The position numbers and the translations under genes were made by a program. Positions 59,370 to 64,000 of a stretch of 64,000 bases of DNA are shown here, piece by piece. The stretch covers positions 62,001 through 126,000 of the forward strand of contig NIVC01000585.1 of the NCBI GenBank assembly GCA_002269645.1. The letters are read 5' to 3'. The notes beneath the pieces are model-generated. The model searched no databases and had not been told where the DNA came from. It saw only the letters and a program-made list of their open reading frames with translations. This stretch comes from Macrostomum lignano (taxonomy: Eukaryota). Each line of letters opens with the position of its first letter. Positions within the stretch are counted from its first letter, which is position 1.

Positions 59370-60850
59370 TGTGTCAGTGTGTGTTATGGGTGTGTCAGTG
59401 TGTGTTATGGGGGCGTGTCAGTGTGTGTTATGAGGCGTGTCAGTGTGTGTTATGAGGCGTGTCAGTGTGTGTTATGGGGCGTGTCAGTGTGTGTTATGGG
59501 GCGTGTCAGTGTGTGTTATGGGGCGTGTCAGTGTGTGTTATGGGGCGTGTCAGTGTGTGTTATGGGTGTGTCAGTGTGTGTTATGGGGGCGTGTCAGTGT
59601 GTGTTATGAGGCGTGTCAGTGTGTGTTATGAGGCGTGTCAGTGTGTGCTATGGGGCGTGTCAGTGTGTGTTATGGGGCGTGTCAGTGTGTGTTATGGGGC
59701 GTGTCAGTGTGTGTTATGGGCGTGTCAGTGTGTGTTATGGGCGTGTCAGTGTGTGTTATGGGGCCTGTCAGTGTGTGTTATGGGCGTGTCAGTGTGTGTT
59801 ATGGGGCGTGTCAGTGTGTGTTATGGGCGTGTCAGTGTGTGTTATGGGGCGTGTCAGTGTGTGTTATGGGGCGTGTCAGTGTGTGTTATGGGCGTGTCAG
59901 TGTGTGTTATGGGTGTGTCAGTGTGTGTTATGGGCGTGTCAGTGTGTGTTATGAGGCGTGTCAGTGTGTGTTATGAGGCGTGTCAGTGTGTGTTATGAGG
60001 CGTGTCAGTGTGTGTTATGAGGCGTGTCAGTGTGTGTTATGGGGGCGTGTCAGTGTGTGTTATGGGCGTGTCAGTGTGTGTTATGGGGCCTGTCAGTGTG
60101 TGTTATGGGCGTGTCAGTGTGTGTTATGGGGCGTGTCAGTGTGTGTTATGGGGCATGTCAGTGTGTGTTATGGGGCATGTCAGTGAATGTGTCAGTGTGT
60201 GTTATGGGGTGTGTCAGTGAATGTGTCAGTGAATGTGTCAGTGTGTGTTATGGGGTGTGTCAGTGAATGTGTCAGTGAATGTGTCAGTGTGTGTTATGGG
60301 GCATGTCAGTGAATGTGTCAGTGTGTGTTATGGGGCGTGTCAGAGTGTATTAAGGTGCGTGTCAGTGAATGTGTCAGTGTGTGTTATGCGGCGTGTCGGT
60401 GAATGTTTCAGTGTGTATTTTGGGGCGTGTCAGTGAATGTGCTTGTGTGTGTTATGGGGTGTGTCAGTGGATGTGCTTGTGTGTGTTATGGGGTGTGTCA
60501 GTGAATGTGTCAGTGAATGTGTCAGTGTGTGTTATGGGGTGTGTCAGTGAATGTGTCAGTGAATGTGTCAGTGTGTGTTATGGGGTGTGTCAGTGAATGT
60601 GTCAGTGAATGTGTCAGTGTGTGTTATGGGGTGTGTCAGTGAATGTGTCAGTGAATGTGTCAGTGTGTGTTATGGGGTGTGTCAGTGAATGTGTCAGTGA
60701 ATGTGTCAGTGAATGTGTCAGTGTGTGTTAACGGGTGTGTCAGTGAATGTGTCTGTGTGTGTTATGGGGTGTGTCAGTGAATGTGTCAGTGTGTGTTAAC
60801 GGGTGTGTCAGTGAATGTGTCAGCGTATGTTATGGGTGTGTCAGTGACTT
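59370..60850 (+). repeat. 21-22-bp minisatellite GTGTCAGTGTGTGTTATGGGGC grading into units containing GTGTCAGTGAAT
   Basis: Tandem units. Confidence 0.95.
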
Positions 60851-61278
60851 TTCAGTGAATGTGCCTGTGTTTTGCTGGTTGATATGCTTGGTTAGTCAAA
60901 GAGGAAACAATAAAAGATATGCAAAAAAACTCAAGAGAGTCCAAATGTTTGTTATAACTCATTTTTAATTGTACTAAAACTTACTTAGCCACCAACGAGC
61001 ACTTGAGCCCTTCCTGCTGAGCCTTTCCTGGTACAAAATTTGCCCTTTTTAGACTTTATTCGGTCTTCCAATCGACTCTCCCTTTTTGCCAGTTAGAAAT
61101 CCTCACGGGGTTGGAATCCACACTAATTGAAAGTGAAATTAAAATTATTTTCTGTTGGATTTCGAATGTACGAGCTACATGTACTTTACGCGTGCATTTT
61201 ACGCGTACATATTTTCTGCGAAACGTAGTTGTCCACTCTTTCCCTTTCCCATCCCATCCGGGCCTTGGGTTGAGGAGG

Positions 61279-62328
61279 TCATGGAGACGTCAGTCCCTCG
61301 TCACGCCGCTGCTCCACCTCCGTCTCCAGGTAGACGCAGCCGTTCCTCGCAAACAACGTCACGAGCCGGTCGTCCCCACGAATTGCAGCAAAACTCCGTC
61401 CCGCTTTCGCCAATTGACGGCTGCTGAGCGATGAAACTTGCCCTGACAACCAAGTCCTCCGTGTGGCGCTGCCGATGCAGCAGGTGGAAGGTGACTCTGG
61501 CGACAAACGGCCAATCCCACATGTCGTCGAGTTCGGTCTGGACGAGCTCTAGCTGAGTAGTCACGTGACTACGGTCGGCGTCCGCCTGTCCGTTGAGAAA
61601 CAACCTGACACGGAACTTGCGGCCGTATCGCTGGGTCATGAAAGGCGGAGACAGCAGACAGGCTGACGGGTTGCTCGCCGCCTCCCGCAGTCTGTCGGCG
61701 ATGCCAGTGACTTTCCACAGCAGGCAACCGTCATAAGAGATCTGCTCCAGGGTCTCAACGCGTCGCGTGATTCTGCGCAGCTCCTGCTGTTCACTCGCTT
61801 TTAGTTTGGCTTGCACGCAATGCAACAGGGTCCTGAGACCGCTGGCTCCGCCAAACTCCTTCATCAAGCCCTCGATGGCAATGGTTGTCAGAGCCCAATC
61901 AGCTAAACTAGGCTGAATTCTCTTCAACGCAGCAAACAATCGCAATACGTTTTGCTCCCCAGACCGAATTTCTCATGCTGTAGGCTGCAGGGGATCCAGG
62001 GCTGAGGCCTTGAACTCATCGCAGATGAGCTCCAGATACTTTTCCGCCCCAACAGCGTAGTGGCCATTCAAATTCTCTTGAGTACTCTGGAAATCGCACC
62101 CGAGACGGCAGAATCTGCAACTAACCAGCTTCTTGGGGCACTCGGCCTTGTGACGCTGAAGATCATACGGATTGAATGAACCTTCGTGACAGAGCGCGCA
62201 CTCAATGACTTCATCGCAAGCGATCCCCGATGATTGGCGCAGTTGACTGGCGACTTCCTGGGAAGCTCCATGGATTCAGGAAGGTCAGCAGCTGCTATTT
62301 TTGCGGTCTGGTACTTTGACGGTTGCAT
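61279..62328 (-). pseudogene. TRAF-family gene (TRAF zinc fingers, coiled coil, MATH/TRAF-C domain), disrupted
   Basis: Motifs: PVNCANHR; CALCH..DLQRHKAECPKKLVSCRFCRLGCDF..NGH; SYDGCLLWKV; LSPPFMTQRYGRKFRVRLFLNG; DWPFVARVTFHLL. In-frame TGA at 61973-61975, probable frameshifts near 62225 and near 61440; no introns evident. Confidence 0.85.
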
Positions 62329-63210
62329 GCCAGTCTGCTTGTAAATGATTACCGAAAGAATTCCGGGCAATTCGTTGGTTTTCCTGCAGAATTTCCGCAG
62401 AGTTTCTACTCTGCTCAAAAACTGTACATTAATCTCTACACTGTGTACGTGGGTCCCAGAGTGTACAAGCGTACAGCGTGGCAGAAGGCTTTTCCACGGG
62501 TTTGCCGGGGAATTGCCTGCGTAGAACTTGCGCCCCGGAATTACCGCACGTTTTTTGGAAGGAATCAGGCTGCCAAATTGTCAAATCTAAATCAGATTGC
62601 TGCTCATTTTTCGGCGTACGAGCGTAATTTGAAGATATGAGCGAGCATTCTGAATATTATGTTTTCAAGCAGGAAATCTGGCAGTAAAAAAACTGAATTC
62701 GTTATTACGACTATTATGTGAAAGAATGAATGTTACACAGAAAACAAAATCATGTCTTTAACAGTTCGGACAGTATAATAGAAGCGGGCAAAAATGTTAA
62801 CTTTATTGAATATTAAAGGATGCGCTAGGCCTTTAAGACGTCCCGATGATCGTGAACATTTTGATTGCCAATACGTATTTCAACTCCGAATGCAGTTGGA
62901 CGCTTTCCATCCAGGCGCCCCGCAGCTGACTGCCTTTTCTTAAGGAGGCATCTTTTGTTGTTGTTATTGCTGTGATTTTTTTGTTTGTTTTGTTGCTATT
63001 GTTGTTGAATGCAGAATGCGCCCCTCACAGGGCGCGTGGACAGTCGAAGTTTAGCCATCGGCTAAAACATTCCAAGAGGTTCACATTCGATCTCCAGGCA
63101 AGGATACTTTAGCGTTAACCGACTACATGCCATGCAATACTGAACTACGCTATAGTAACTACACAGCTAAATATCGTTTATTAGTTTGTTAGCAAGTTAC
63201 CGCCTGGCCT

Positions 63211-64000
63211 TCAAAGCTTCAGCTCAGAACCGATCATTTGTTGCCACATTGCTCCTGCTAGCTGCCACTTTCGCTGCAGTTCCTCCGTCAGCCATCGGGG
63301 AAGCGCCACATTCAAACTGAGCAGCTTCTCAAAATGAGCAGATCCGTTTTGGGCTGGACAGAAAACAGGGCAGCAACCAGCAGCTCCTGAATATCCGCGT
63401 CCTCCCGCTCAGCCACAGATTGGATCCAGGCCTTGGCATGGCGGACTTCGCTGTCGGGTAGCAGCTCAAGTCTCAAGGCCCACAGCAGTGCATCGAAGTT
63501 TAAGTAGAAATAATCTGCGCCACTATGAAATTTGAGCGGGAAACACTTGATCAGAACTCCAGTTAAAAAAATTAATTTTGGGCGCCTTTCGAACTCGAAG
63601 CAGAACTTCCACGCGGAGTCCCGGCTCCTCAGATGCCACCACACAAACTCCGTGGTCGCCTCGGTCGCCGACCTCTCAGCGGACCAAGCGATGCCTCTGC
63701 TCACCGAGAGGCCTCTGCACTGGCTCACGATTCTCTCTGCAGTTCCTCGGTAGCCGAACTTCAGGCAGGCCAGCGCTCTGAGAGCCTCCCGAGCTGAGCC
63801 GGTGCAGTCTGGCAGTCTGGCAATCAGCTCTGTGAGCGACTCCTGAGACAGCGGGCTGCAGTCACCATGGGAGAGACGCACCAGACACTCCCTCACCACG
63901 TCGTAGATCTCGTGGTACTCGACAGTGTTTGAGTTTGGCAAAGACCTCAAAACTAAAACTGGCAGGGTTTGGAACGGGTGGAAGTAGAATATCCCAGACT
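63211..64000 (-). pseudogene. 3' part of a second cGLR/Mab-21-like paralogue, continuing beyond the window
   Basis: The frame is open from 63998: SGIFYFHPFQ..VEYHEIYDVVRECLVRLS..RGIAWSAE..SAWKFCFEF..NFDALLWAL, closely matching 8214-8720. A frameshift near 63335 gives an early TGA (63312); the alternative frame reads FEKLLSLNVALPRWLTEE to TGA 63211. Confidence 0.8.

Overview
Eukaryotic (metazoan) genomic DNA with GC-rich spliced genes, AT-rich spacers and abundant minisatellites. The style fits a free-living flatworm such as Macrostomum, but that is an inference. Apparently intact genes that can be assembled by hand: a TMEM272-like membrane protein, a FAM161A-like ciliary protein (7 exons seen, first exon not found), a six-finger Gfi1/senseless factor lacking SNAG (5 exons, 438 aa), a secreted TSP1-kringle-discoidin-like-PAN protein of about 900 aa, a secreted PAN-PAN-LamG-like protein and a small ankyrin protein. 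Disrupted genes are mostly innate-immunity types: a fibrinogen-related domain gene, an ankyrin-repeat cGAS-like/Mab-21 nucleotidyltransferase (cGLR), a second cGLR paralogue running off the right edge, and a TRAF gene; a DBF4-like gene is also disrupted. Mobile DNA: a very young, internally deleted Gypsy LTR element (near-identical LTRs, 5-bp TSD) and a 367-bp non-autonomous Helitron. Almost every long intron of the GC-rich genes is filled by its own minisatellite. The strongest candidate for an under-described system is the ankyrin-cGLR family with a linked TRAF. All domain calls come from motif recognition by eye; no searches were run.
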